Shown here in pieces: positions 13,236 to 26,226 of a stretch of DNA of 64,000 bases. Position numbers and translations under genes: made by a program. The stretch lies in the NCBI GenBank assembly GCA_030390025.1, contig CM059432.1:63428001-63492000 (forward strand), written 5' to 3'. Within the stretch, counting starts at the first letter, position 1; each line of letters opens with the position of its first letter. The notes under the pieces were generated by a model. That model did not search any database. It saw nothing but the letters and a program-made list of their open reading frames with translations, and was not told where the DNA came from. The DNA comes from Squalus acanthias (Eukaryota).

Positions 13236-14196
13236 GCCGATATGGACCATGACCTCTGGCCGGTAATGACAAAATTTGCTACATGTGTATTGATATAGGC
13301 TGAACCAGTGCAGGTGGCTTTAACTTCGATCTCACGTGTCTGTTCCTGCCTTTCAGATGTGATGCCTTAGAAAGGTGTGACTCTATGGACATGTGCTAGA
13401 TGCAAGACTTCATTCTATAGATCCCCAAGTATCAACATTTACCTTTAGCCTATGGCCACTCAGCCCACTCTATTGGAAATACTGACCCTGGCATGGTAGA
13501 AGTAGAAAGTATTTGTATTTTTTCTAAACCTTGCATGCCAAGCAATATAAATGGAATGGATTGTACAGAAATAGAAGCTGCAGCTGATACTACAGAACTG
13601 CTCCTTAAAGACAGAGTGCATGGAGGTGGGAAGGCACAGAAAGGAGTAAAGTACAGGTAACTGATTTGTAAAAATGAAAAATAGGAATCCTTTCAGCTGA
13701 TGGAAGATTACACCAGGAGAAATTCCAGTTTTGGAAAACATTATTTTTGCTGATTTGTTTTTGTTTTGCTCAAGGCAAAGGGTATCAGCACTGGAAAATG
13801 GTCAGCTGTTTCATCTCTGAAATCATTCACAGGAGCACACAAAATATCCCCATTTCTCATTATGGCCAGTCCGCCCCTGCTGGGGTAGAATTTACGATCA
13901 GCGCACAGAAGCTGTCACTCATGGTAGTAATAATGCCACATTCCTGGTTTTTACTGCCTCACTGCTTTGAATTCTTTTGTCTTAAACTTTACACAAACAG
14001 CAATTTCTAGGCTCAAATGTTGTTGAGAAATAATAGCAATCCACTTATGTAAGCAAAAACCAATTGTTTAGATAAAAGACAAGGACAACATTTCAGAACT
14101 TTGATCCCACATAGTCAGAATTTGTGAGCAAGGCATTTTTGATCACTGATTCCAAAGTCTGTGAGCTTTTGCTGAGGGTATCCATCTGTAAACATT

Positions 14197-14939
14197 GGCC
14201 CAAAAATTCATCCCGGTGCGCGAGAGTACGCACTGCGTACTCTCGCGTATTCCCTCTGCAATTGCCGGTTTTCTGCATGCCCTGCGCTTGCGCTGAAAAC
14301 CGGCAATTGCTCTTTTGAAAAGGGGGCGGTTCCTCGGTGCATCGCGTGTGCGCTACAGGCTGCGCGCACGCTGTGCACTTCATGCTTTGGACGCGCAGGT
14401 AAGTACTGAAGATTTTAGAAATGTAAAAAGGAGGAGTAAGACCCACTTTTAACAAGGTAAGTAGTGAATTAAGTATTTTTTTGAATTTTTTTTTACAGGT
14501 ATATCTTTTTTAGAGACTTTAAAGACAGGTAAGTTTATTTTTATAACTTTTTAAAAGATTTTAAATTTTTTCAAAAATTTAATTTTTTATTTAAAATGGT
14601 TAATTTATTTAACTATACTTATTTTATTAATGTGATGGTTTTTTTAAAAATTTAATTGAGGTTTAGCTGTTATTTTGGGGGGGTGTAAGATTCATAGATT
14701 TCACAGCCGTGCTGTGAAACTTATGAATGGAAGATGGTGTGCTGCCATTGGCTCTAACTGAGTCACTTGATCCCACAGTTCGCACGAATTCACTACGCCG
14801 GTAGGATACGCAAGCACTGCCCAGCTGATGTCTGGAACATCAAGTTCGTGCGAGCTGGATCTGAAAAAGCACAAGCGAGGTGAGAGATCGCGGGGAAGGC
14901 TTACCCCCGCGGGAACAGAGCGAGATCAATTTCTGGGCC
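14197..14939. mobile_element. Harbinger-type MITE with ATT TSD
   Basis: TIRs GGCCCAAAAATT / AATTTCTGGGCC (11/12); ATT on both sides; AT-rich core. Confidence 0.85.
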
Positions 14940-15258
14940 ATTAAGTCCCAAAATTCTGGAGGCCATTTGCGCTGCAAGGACAGGACTTCCAATGTGCCGA
15001 TCCATTCCAGTGCTGACCCCACCAGAAAATGCGGAGTCAGCTCATTTGCATACCCACTGGCGTTGGCCGAACCTAACTCCCATGTAACAGGGGAGTACTG
15101 TGCTGGGTCAGGGAGGCTAGAAATTTCAGGTGCAGTCTTTAAATAGCCAGGAATGGCTGAAGATTTGAAAAGCCGGCTGGGGGAGGAGCTGGCAAGTAGC
15201 AAATCTTTTACAAGACTCAGTTGATTGGTATGTAGCTGCAATAGATGGGTCATAGAAT

Positions 15259-16015
15259 CAACAACAACAACAACAACTTGTATTGATATAGTGCCTTTAA
15301 CGTAGTAAAACATCCCAAGGTGCTGCACAGGAGTATTTTAAGACAACAAATTTGACACCGATCCACATAAAGATAAATTAGGGCAGGTGACCAAAAGCTT
15401 GGTCAAAGAAGTAGGTTTTAAGGAGCGTCTTAAAGGAGGAAAGAGAGGTAGCGAGGGAATTCCAGAGCTTAGGGCCTAGGCAACAGAAGGCACGACCACC
15501 AATGGTTGAGCGATTATAATCAGGAATGCTCAAGAGGGCAGAATTAGAGGAGCGCAGATATCTCGGGGGGGTTGTGGGGCTGAAGGAGATTACAGAGATA
15601 GGAAGGGCTGAGGCCATGGAGGGATTTGAAAACAAGGATGTGAATTTTGAAATCGAGGCGTTGCTTAAGCAGGAGCCAATATAGGTCAGTGAGCACAGGG
15701 GTGATGGGCGAACGGGACTTGGTGCGAGTTAGGACACGGGCAGCCGAGTTTTGGATGACCTCAAGTTTACGTAGGGTGGAATGTGGGAGGCCAGCCAGGA
15801 GTACGTTGGAATAGTCAAGTCTAGAGGTAACAAAGGCATGGATGAGGGTTTCAGCAGCGGATGAGGTGAGGCAAGGGTGGAGACGGGTGATGTTACGGAG
15901 GTGGAAGTAGGCGGTCTTTGTTATGCTGTGGATATGTGGTCGGAAGCTCATTTCAGGGTCAACTATAACACCAAAGTTGCGAACAGTGTGGTTCAGCCTC
16001 AGACAGATGTTAGGG
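15259..16015 (-). mobile_element. L2-clade LINE 3' fragment with (TTG)n tail
   Basis: AETLIHAFVTSRLDYSN and HITP-like SPITPVL...W motifs; (CAA)n on the plus strand. Confidence 0.88.
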
Positions 16016-18322
16016 AATCATAGAATCTTATAGCACAGAAGGAGGCCATTCGTGCCGGCTCTTTGAAAGAGCTGTTCAATTTAGTCCCACACCCCAGCTT
16101 TTTTGTGATAACCTTGCAAATTAGTTCTCTTCTATTACATGTCCAATTGCCTTTTGAAAGTTCCTATGGAATCTGCTTCCACCAGCCTTTCAGGTAGTGT
16201 GTCCCAGATCTTAACAATCCTCTGTGTGAAAACATTTCACCTCATTTCCCCTCTAGTTTTTTTGCCAATTATTTTAAATCTGTGACCTCTGGTTATTGAT
16301 CTACTTGGCAGAGGAAACAGTTTCTCCTTACCTGCTTTATCAAAACCCCATATAATTTTGAATACATTTATTAGGTCTCCCCTTAACCTTCTCTGTTCTA
16401 AGGAGAACAGTCCCAGCTTCTGCAATCTCCCCACATAACTGAAGTCCATCATCCCTGGTATCATCTTGGTAAACCTCCTCTTTACCTTCCCCAAGGCCTT
16501 GATATCCTTGCTAAAGTGTGGTGCCCAGAATTGTACACAATACTCCAGCTGAGGCCTAAACAGTGATTTGTAAAGGTTTAGCATGACTTCCTTGTTTTTG
16601 TAGTCAACGCCCCTATTTATAAAACCAAATATCCCATATGCTTTCTTAACTGCCTTATCAACATGCCCTGCCACCTTCAAGGATTTGTGAATATGCACCC
16701 CCAGGTCCCTCTGCTCTTGCACCCCCCTCAAAATGGTACATTTGGATTATACTGCCTCTCCACGTTGTTCCTTCCAAAGTGTATCACTTCACACTTATCC
16801 ACATTAAATTGCATCTGCTATGTGTCTGCCCATTTCATCAGTCTGTCTATGTCCTCTTGAAGGCTGCTACTATCCTGCTCACTATTAATTATGTTGCCAA
16901 GTTTTGTATCATCCACAAACTTCGAAATTGTACTCCCTATACCCAAGTCCGGGTCATTTATATATAACAAGAAAAGCAACGGTCCTAATACCGAGCCCTG
17001 GGAGACCCCACTGCATACTTCTCTCCAGTCAGAAAAACATCCATTCACCCCTACTCTCTGCCTCCTATCCCTTAGTCAATTATGTACCTAAGGTACCTAA
17101 GGTTCCTTTAATCCCATGTGCTTCTATTTTCCGAATATGTGGTACTTCATCAAATGCTTTTGGAAGTCCATGGGGGAAAAATTGGGGCGTTACCTTCGCC
17201 GGGGCACTAATTTTAGCACCCGGAAAAATTTAGTGCCCCCGTGATTTTCCCAGGTAGCGCCCCGAGAGGGAGGAAGGGCGCTACTGGAAGTGCCCCGCGA
17301 CCCTCTTGGGGCGCTGCGAGCCAATATCGCGGTGCTACGCTGGGGCACATCGCGCCGCGGTACTGCAGGCCTTCCTTCCCTTATTAAAGGGGAGGGGCCT
17401 GGCGCAGCGCGTCCCGGGGCCCAGCTGGGCTACCAGGGATCAGGAGTGCCGGCAAATGAGCCCGGCTGAGTGCTGGGCTCACGGAGAGCAGCCGGCATCC
17501 CGCGGGGGCGGGGGGCTTCACGGGGGCCAGAGACAGCAACGGGGGCAGGTACTGGCAGGCGGCCAGCAAAAAAAATGGCCGCCTGCCAACTCCTCTTTAA
17601 CTAGCGCCGCCCCGGCCACAGGTAGGCCCCCCTTGAACCCGACGGACATAGCATCCGGCGGTAAGTTGGGGGGCTCCACCCAATATTAGAGCCGGGGCGC
17701 GAGTGGGGCGCTGCGCACGGCGATGACGTCATTGCCGGTGGCACAGCGCCATGCGGCGCTAACGGTTAGCACCGCCGCTAACCTCCCGCTGAATTTTGCG
17801 GGAGGCATTAGCGGTGCCGCACCCAGGCGCTAGTTGATTTGTGCCCCGTTAGCGCCCTAAGAGGGCGCTAACGGGAGGTGCAAATCAACCGAATTTAGCC
17901 CCCCATACATACAATATCTACTGCACTACCTTCATCAACCCTCTCTGTTACTTCATCAAAGAACTCAATCAGGTTAGTCAGATAGAATTTGCTTTAACAA
18001 ATCCATGCTGGCTGTCCCTTATTAACCCATGCTGCCCAAGTGAGAATTAATTTTGTCCTTGACAATGGTCTCTAGTAGTTTTTCCACCACTAATGTTACA
18101 CTGATTGACTTGTAGTTATCCCTCTCACCTTTTTTGAACAGCAGTGTAACATTTGCAATCCTCCTGTCCTCTGGCAATGCTCCCAAATCCAAGGAGGATT
18201 GAATGATTGTGGTCAGAGCTTCTGCTATCTCCACCCTAGCTTTCCTCAGCAATCTAGGATGCATCCCATCTGGACCGGGTGACTTGTTAACTTTGAGTGC
18301 TGCCAATCTATTCAGCACCATC
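16016..18322 (-). mobile_element. CR1 LINE RT region, interrupted by MITE 17172-17903
   Basis: ORFs 16237-16731, 16818-17048 and 18022-18324 are successive CR1 RT parts. Confidence 0.9.
17172..17903. mobile_element. GC/CpG-rich Harbinger-type MITE with CAT TSD
   Basis: TIRs GGGGGAAAAATTGG / CCGAATTTAGCCCCC; CAT at 17169-17171 and 17904-17906; the CR1 rejoins across it. Confidence 0.85.
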
Positions 18323-20985
18323 ATGTGAGACTATGTGGGACTTTTAAATAATATCTTCAATTGGAGGAGCAGGCACAGGTACCAAACGAAGGGTGCCTAA
18401 GTCTTGTGTTCCATGTGGAGTGCCACCTGTTTCCTCCCTGGAAAATGTTCCATGACCTGACGAGAGTGGCAAGGTAACATACCGGCCACTGTCCCTTCTC
18501 TTTCATGGGCACTATGGGTACCATCATGCTGTTTGTCTTCTAAAATCAATAGCTTCACAAGTCAGTCTTACAGTTGAATGTGGTTTAGGGGTTCACTAGC
18601 TCTGTACCTTGCAATGTATGTTGCCATCTCCCCTAACTGGAATTACTTATGTTCTGACATTTAAATTAATGGTTGAAAAAAGAATGGAATTTCCTTTTGG
18701 GGTTCCAATAGCACTCACAATTTAGATGAGGAAGTTGAGTTATGAGGGGAACAACAAAAGCAGATGTGACTACACCTGAAGTGTCAGGCAGAATGTTCTG
18801 AGACTCTGCAGCTTGCACTTGAGGAGGTTTGCTTCCTGCTCTGAATAAGGCCAACTCCTTTCTGTACCTCCTAATAATCCTCAGTAAGCAGGGATGTTTG
18901 CCCAGCAGGAGTGACTCCACAAACTGGCACCCTATACTCATTTTACTGGAATGAAAACTCAGAGCTGCATGGCTGCAATTTTTCACGTTGCAGTCCCTGT
19001 GAGTACTAATCAACACTGGCTGCATCAGATCACAGAAGTACTCCTTGCATCATTTTGAGGCATTTCTTTTTACATTTGAATTTACTGCTATCTTGCACCA
19101 TAATACAAGGTCAGCTAATCTTTAAAAAAAATGTCGCATCCCAGTGCTTAGTGCTTGACATGCTGGGAATACCAGGGAAGTTGAAGACTTGATTATTAGG
19201 TACCTGCAGCTGTGCCAGTTTATGGGAGACAATTGCTTGGGGTGGGATGGCCACACACACAGAGTGGCCTTTGAAGGCTAAAGAAAGGGAGGTTCTGCAA
19301 TGAAATGTGGCACAAAAGAAGGAACAGGAGGAAAGGATACTGACCTTTGCTGAAGCACCTGGGAACTAAGGAAATAGAACACTTACCAGGCTCCTCAGTC
19401 ACATTATGGAGCTTTGCCCTAATTTAAATAAAATCTGGGGCTATAATGAGATACGTTCATTGTTGGTGCACTGGTTCAACATGTTGAAACCACATAGGCC
19501 CCGCATTGTACCATGCTGTGCTCATCGATTGCTGAATAAGCATCAGGCCCAGCACTGATAATCAGACATGCCAACTGTCAGTTTTTCAATCTATGTGTTT
19601 ACTTCACATGGTTTTACAAGAAAACTCAGGTTTTTTTCATTGACTTTGACAGTTGCTAGCATCAACCAGTCAGATAATTTGACAGGTTGGACTGAAGCCA
19701 AACAGAAGCAGATAGGTTGGAAGATGGGACATGAACAATCAGACTTGAGGCAGAATAAATTAAAACAAACTGATGGTCAGTTCCAGTTATGGATGTGTGT
19801 ATATAGTGTTTATCCCCAAAAAAGTTATATATAAAAAATAAGCTGCTAAAACACAGCTTCTAAAAAATATGTAATTTTCCTCAAAAAGGACTAACTGGGT
19901 TATGACTGGCTTTTGTCTTATGTAGAGGTTTATTTTTACAATAACATTTTTTGAGATAAGGGGGGATATTCTCTGGTGTGAATACATTAACTGGCTTAAT
20001 TCCTGTCACTGTACCTGTGGAATTGTTAACACTTGGAAATAAAATAGAGATGGGATTGGAGTGAAGATGTGCTTTTACCACATTAAAACATTATACTGAG
20101 ATTCACACTCAGAATTACAGTAATCTTCAAATTGCTAATAAATGTACCAAACCAGGTGTCAAAAATCAAAGTACTCTGAGGGGGGTCTTCAGCAATGTCC
20201 CCTTCAATTTGTTTTGGGCTGCGCAGCCCCTTTAACAGGCTGCACGGCCCATTCAACATTCTGAGCATGCCATTTAAAAGCCAGTGAGCCAGCTGCATGG
20301 GAGGTCCAGACAGCTGCATGGCTGCACGACCGCACAACTTAAAGGGAACATTGGTCTTCAGCACAAACATCCCTCTTCAGTAATTTCTAAATCACCACAG
20401 CTGCTAACTATGTTTTTCTGAACTGCAATAAAAGTGACGGAATGTTGGATATACCTGCAACGCAGGTTATACCATCCCCATGTCCTGCTGCATTTTCAGT
20501 CTTGGTACGTGTCTTCATATGTCATAGGTCTATATTTAGAACTGTTTTTCAGTCATCAGCTGTTGGGGGGCTGAGTCCGCTATTTTGAAGTTTTTGGCCA
20601 TCTCTCCTTTGTTTTCTAAGTTGGCATATATTGATAATACAGGGCCCAGGTGCTGCTGCACTGCGGGTGCATCTGAGCACATTGCTCGTTTATTTCCTCA
20701 TTTGAATGCTGACAAATCTAGTGTACAGAAATAGGGAAACAAGTACTCAAAACAAGAAATGATAAAGCTGCAACAGAGAAGAAGCAGAACTGATAATGGT
20801 CTGGATTATGTTGTGTGCTATTAAATGTAAAAATGAAAGCATTGCATAGTATGCATTTATACTGCTGTGACTTTATAAATACATCAAAATGTTTATTTAA
20901 TTTTTTCTGGACATTGTACAGCAATTCACAATCAGGCTTTGCTGTAACTGCAGATATTATGGCACTTTTTTACTGTAACAATTAG

Positions 20986-22232
20986 CAACACAACAACAAC
21001 TTGTATTTATATAGCGCCTTTAACGTAGTAAAACGTCCCAAGGTGCTTCACAGGAGTATTTTAAGACAAAAAGTTTGTCACTGAGCCACATAAAGATAAA
21101 TTAGGGCAGGTGACCAAAAACTTGGTCAAAGAGGTATATTTTAAGAAGCGTCTTAAAGGAGGAAAGAGAGGTAGCGAGGCGGAGCGGTTTGGGCAGGGAA
21201 TTTCAGGGCTTAGGGCCGAGGCAACAGAAGGCACGGCCACCACAGGTTGAGCGATTATAATCAGGGATGCTCAAGAGGGCAGAATTAGAGGAGCGCAGAT
21301 ATCTCGGGGGGGTTGTGGGGCTGAAGGAGATTACAGAGATAGGAAGGGGCGAGGCCATGGAGGGACTTGAAAACAAGGATGAGAATTTTGAAATCGAGGC
21401 GTTGCTGGACTGGGAGCCAATGTAGGTCAGCGAGTACAGGGGTGATGGGCAAATGGGACTTGGTGAGAGTTAGGACATGGGCAGACAAGTTTTGGATGAC
21501 CTCAAGTTTATGTAGGGTGGAATGTGGGAGGCCAGCCAGGAGTGCGTTGGAATAGCCAAGTCTAGAGGTAACAAAGGCATGGATGAGGGTTTCAGCAGCA
21601 GATGAGGTGAGGCAAGGGCGGAGACGGGCGATGTTACGGAGGTGGAAGTAGGCGGTCTTTCTTATGCTGCGGATATGTGGTCGGAAGCTCATTTCAGGGT
21701 CAAATATGACACCAAGGTTGCGAACAGTGTGGTTCAGCCTCAGACAGATGTTAGGGAGAGGGATGGAGTCAGTGGCTAGGGAACGGAGTTTGTGGTGGGG
21801 ACTGAAAACAATGGCTTCGGTCTTCCCAATATTTAATTGGAGAAAATTTTTGCTCATCGGACAAGCAGTCTGACAATTTAGACACCGTGGAGGGGTCAAG
21901 AGAAGAGGTAGTGAGGTAGAGCTGGGTGTCGTCAGCGTACATGTGGAAACTGACACTGTGTTTTCGGATGATGTCGCCAAGGAGCAACATGTAGATGAGA
22001 AATAGGAGGGGGCCAAGGATAGATCCTTGGGGGACACCAGAGGTAATGATGCGGGAGTGGGAAGAGAAGTCGATGCAGGTGATTCTCTGGTTATGATTAG
22101 ATAGATAAGAATGGAACCAGGCGAGTGCAGTCCCACCCAGCTGGACGACAGTGGAGAGGCGTTGGAGAAGGATGGAGTGGTCAACCGTGTCAAAGGCTGC
22201 AGACAAGTCAAGAAGGACGAGGAGGGATAGTC
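20986..22232 (-). mobile_element. L2-clade LINE, RT and 3' end (same family as 15259-16015)
   Basis: DLSAAFDTVDH, GVPQGSILGP, YADDTQLY; same tail. Confidence 0.9.
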
Positions 22233-22456
22233 AACACAGTGAAACTCTAGCACTAAATAAAAAGATTTGTTTCAATACAAATTTGCTGTGCAGTTTTACT
22301 AACTTTATAACATTTACTCACTTCTTTGTGACAAGTGGCAGTATTTTGGTTGTCACATTGAAGAGAAAGCATAGTGGTTTTGTACAATATTTATACAAAG
22401 GTCATGTAATAATAGAAGAATTTGGAATGAGTACTTTTAAAGCATACACTAACAAT

Positions 22457-23159
22457 GGACCAGATCTTGCAGTCAACAGCACAGTTTGTTACACTTACAC
22501 TTGCCCATAGACTTTCTATGGGCTTTTGCACTGAATGTTCCTGTCAACCAATAATCGAAAAAGTGCAGTGCCCTCCAGAGGGGATCTGGGACCTGTGTGA
22601 ACGGGACAAACAACTGTGTCTCTCCTTAACCAATCAGATTGAAGAATTGTTAATGAGCAGAGCAGAGTCTGAACCACGAAGTGTCAGTTAGAATATTTAA
22701 TTCAGTGTCAAGCAGAAAGCAAAATAAAGAGAGCGAAAGAAAGATTGGATTAAGAGAGAGAAAAGAAACAAAAAACAATAATTAAAACTTGAAAGAATGA
22801 GACTCCACACTTGTAAAAGTTAATTTTCAGTGCCAGAGAGGTTGTTTGGCAGTAATTACGACCTATCATGGCATTAAAATGATATTTACTCTGGAATGGA
22901 CAAGCCCTAACTTTTTGTGGCGAGTTTAGTTCATATATATCAAGTAAGTACAGGAATTTCATGTCCTTCAATGTTGTGTCAGACAGCGAGACACCGTTAT
23001 CAGACAGCTTTTGCAGGAGCAGGGCATCTTGGACAGCAACATCCTGATTTCCACGTTTAACTGCGCATGTGCGGTCGCCGGACGTTGCTGTCCAATTTCC
23101 ATGTAAATAACTGTGAGCGCTGTTATCCTCACCATTATGTCTACCGCAAAATATGGCCC
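22457..23159. mobile_element. Harbinger-type MITE with AAT TSD, 76 bp downstream of the kinase stop codon
   Basis: TIRs GGACCAGATCTTGC / GCAAAATATGGCCC; AAT on both flanks. Confidence 0.8.
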
Positions 23160-23235
23160 AATATTCATTTTGATGCCTTTTTCATTTTGTTGGTAATCTC
23201 AAATAAAATAAAAGTCTCTCTCATTTCAAAGATGG

Positions 23236-23429
23236 TTAATATAAAGGACTGAAATTGGTTATGATGAAGTCTTCCAATTGTAGTTTCAGTGTACTAAATG
23301 ATGGCCTTTGAGATGGAACTTCATTCCAGCATTCTCTCATAATGTTGTAGATGGGTTGTGGACAGCCATTAGGACATGGCATCCTGTAGCCTTGGACCAG
23401 TTCGAATAAGACCATTCTATTTGACATTC
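23236..23429 (-). CDS. Kinase exon 8 (C-lobe end and tail ...LEDFIITNFSPLY*)
   Basis: CAG acceptor, phase 1; GYRMPCP...CW...RPSF. Confidence 0.93.
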
Positions 23430-23450
23430 CTGCAATTTCAGAAAATTTCA

Positions 23451-23705
<255 letters not shown>

Positions 23706-24004
23706 TTAATTACATAATCAAGCTTTCACATTTTTATAACCTTCTAGGATCATAAGATTAATTAAAAATGACTGTTTTGGTAATAGTGAACAAATGCTTA
23801 ACGCAATCATATGACATCCACTATTTAAATGTAGCTTCAACCCATTTATCTTAAGTGGTTAGAAAGTAATTGCCTCGTGCATTCCAGGTTCTAATATGCA
23901 CTGCCAGCAGGCGAGCTCCGAAGTGGAAGTGTGAAATTGGATTTGCATCTTAAAAACTATCCTTTGTTTGTCACCATTGCTGTTCAGTTGGAAGTCTCGC
24001 TCAG

Positions 24005-24352
24005 AATGAACATAGGAACATAAGAAATAGGAGTAGGAGTAGGCCATACGGCCCCTTGAGCCTGTTCCGCCATTCAATAAGATCATGGCTGATCATCGAC
24101 CTCAACTCCACTTTCCCGCCCTATCCCCATATCCCTTGATTCCCTTAGTGTCCAAAAATCTATTGATTTCAATCTTGAATATAATCAATGACTGAGTATC
24201 CACAGCCCGCTGGGGTAGAGAATTCCAAAGATTCATAACTCTCTGAGTGAAGCAATTTCTCCTCACCTCAATCCTAAATGGCCAACCCCTGATTCTGAGA
24301 CTATGACCCCCTGGTTCGAGACTCTTCAGCCAGGGGAAACAACCTCTCAGCA
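24005..24352 (-). mobile_element. CR1 3' end in kinase intron 6
   Basis: CR1 3'UTR and TTCTTATG-like tail. Confidence 0.88.
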
Positions 24353-24808
24353 TAGAGGTGATAATGGTGACTGGTGTAAAGGGAAAAATTCGCACAGGCC
24401 CTTTGCAAGGTGCACTCCTGAGGTTGAGAGTTATGGCACATTGTTCCGACAATGAACAGCAAGCCTTACTTTGTCATTGGCTATGAAAGTGGAAGTGGAA
24501 AATGTTCTGTTCCCGAGCTTTGGCATCCCTTACCTCAATGAGCACATAACTACAAATTAAGGAAAGGTAAATAAAACAAAAAAATCAGATACTGAAGCCT
24601 GAAAAATAGAATATTATAAACTAATTTGCCCACCCCCCCGATTTAAATAAAATGTAGCACTGTGAGTTATACTGCTCAAATGCAGTTTTGAATATGAGTT
24701 AAGTCGTTCACATGACAATACTAATGGAAGCTGATAGCGAGCAAATGAGTTTAAAGCATCACCAAGTTCTTCATCACTGTTTTTTACACAAGTATATTCT
24801 GTGCCTAC

Positions 24809-24987
24809 CTTTAACAATCTAGTAAGTCCAAAGTCTGAAATTTTGCAAATGATGTTGTCTCCCACAAGAATATTTCTTGCTGCTAAATCCAGATGAATGT
24901 AATGTTTGGATTCAAGGTATGACATTCCAGCAGCAACCTGAACTGCCATGTCTATTAATTGAGCAACTGTAAAACGGTCTTCAGATC
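24809..24987 (-). CDS. Kinase exon 6 (catalytic loop [12 protein letters not shown])
   Basis: 179 nt, CAG/GTAGGC, phase 1 to 0, open. Confidence 0.93.
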
Positions 24988-25115
24988 CTGAAAAGAGATG
25001 CACATAACCGTCAACCCTACCACACAAAGTATTTGAATATATTCTCAGAACACAATAGTTGGTTGTCAGAATGATCTGAAAAATTGTTTAGCCTTAAAGT
25101 ATTCCAGATACTTGC

Positions 25116-25274
25116 TCCTTAAATATTTCAGGAGATCTCCATGTTTCATCAATTCAGTGACAATGAACAAAGGTTGCTTTCTGGTGCATACAGCGTACAG
25201 AGGGATCAGATTCTGGTGTTGGAAGTTCTTCATAATTTGTGCTTCTTTCAGAAAATTGCTGGAATCTGTAGTAT
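25116..25274 (-). CDS. Kinase exon 5 (FLKEAQIMK...IVTELMKHGDLLKYL)
   Basis: 159 nt; CAG acceptor; the donor must be GCAAGT to keep phase 1. Confidence 0.88.
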
Positions 25275-26226
25275 CTGTAAATACATAATTACAGTTTGAT
25301 TCAGCAGGGAAATTTCCCAATACAGGTGAAACACTGCTGCTCAGGGTGATGACCCATCTACCCGATTGAATAGTCCCCTTAGAAAACTACAGGAGCAACC
25401 AGTCAGCACAAGAAAAAAAAGTGCTGCCAACAATGACAGGGCCATCTCATGGCCCAGCAGAAAGGATGTGTGGGGGTGGGGGTGGCGGGGGGGAAGGGGG
25501 TTGGAGCTACATCAGGCATGTTACAAAATCCCCATTGAGAAGCAGCAGTGTCCCTCCATACTTGTACTCCCACTGAGATGATGCATGGAATGAGCACAAG
25601 ATTAGGACATAGATGACACACAACCTCCATTGTCATCAATGTCAACCAATGGGGAGCTAACCATTCAAACAGAGACACAGAACTCAAGGGAAATAAACTA
25701 GTTGCATCTTTTTTGGTGTGTACTCTGTATATTTACTGTCAGAAAGGACTTATGAATGTTGCAGGTGGTGGGATACAAGCTGTAGTGATAATACATCAGG
25801 GTAGGGTGGGGGTACTAAGTGGACTGCCCCAGGGCTTGGTATTGGAACCACTACTGTTTCTAATTTACATCAATGGCCTGGAGTCAGAAACCCAATGCAA
25901 ATTGGTCAAATTTGCAGATGATACCAAACTGAGAGAGGCAGTGGAATTGAAGGAGGCAGGTTGGGAATTATAGAATTTAATACAAACAAATGTAAAGCAC
26001 TGTACATAGGAAGCAAAAGGGGACAATACATATACTCCATAAATGGTTTTGAAACACTAAAGGATGAGGGATGAAGTTCAAAAATACCTAGGAGTCTTAG
26101 TAATCTTCATGCACATGGGCCCTGAAATTCTGATAGGACTGTTCCAATGGCAGAAGAATGGTGGAGCAGACATAAAAGCTACCTGAGGTGAAAGGATTAT
26201 ATCCCATCCCATATTGTGGAGACATA

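Noticed and set aside
18666..19400. Possible very old Harbinger Myb or transposase relic
   Set aside because: Only a faint resemblance (RRYRKELALF...KPP); no diagnostic motif or termini confirmed.
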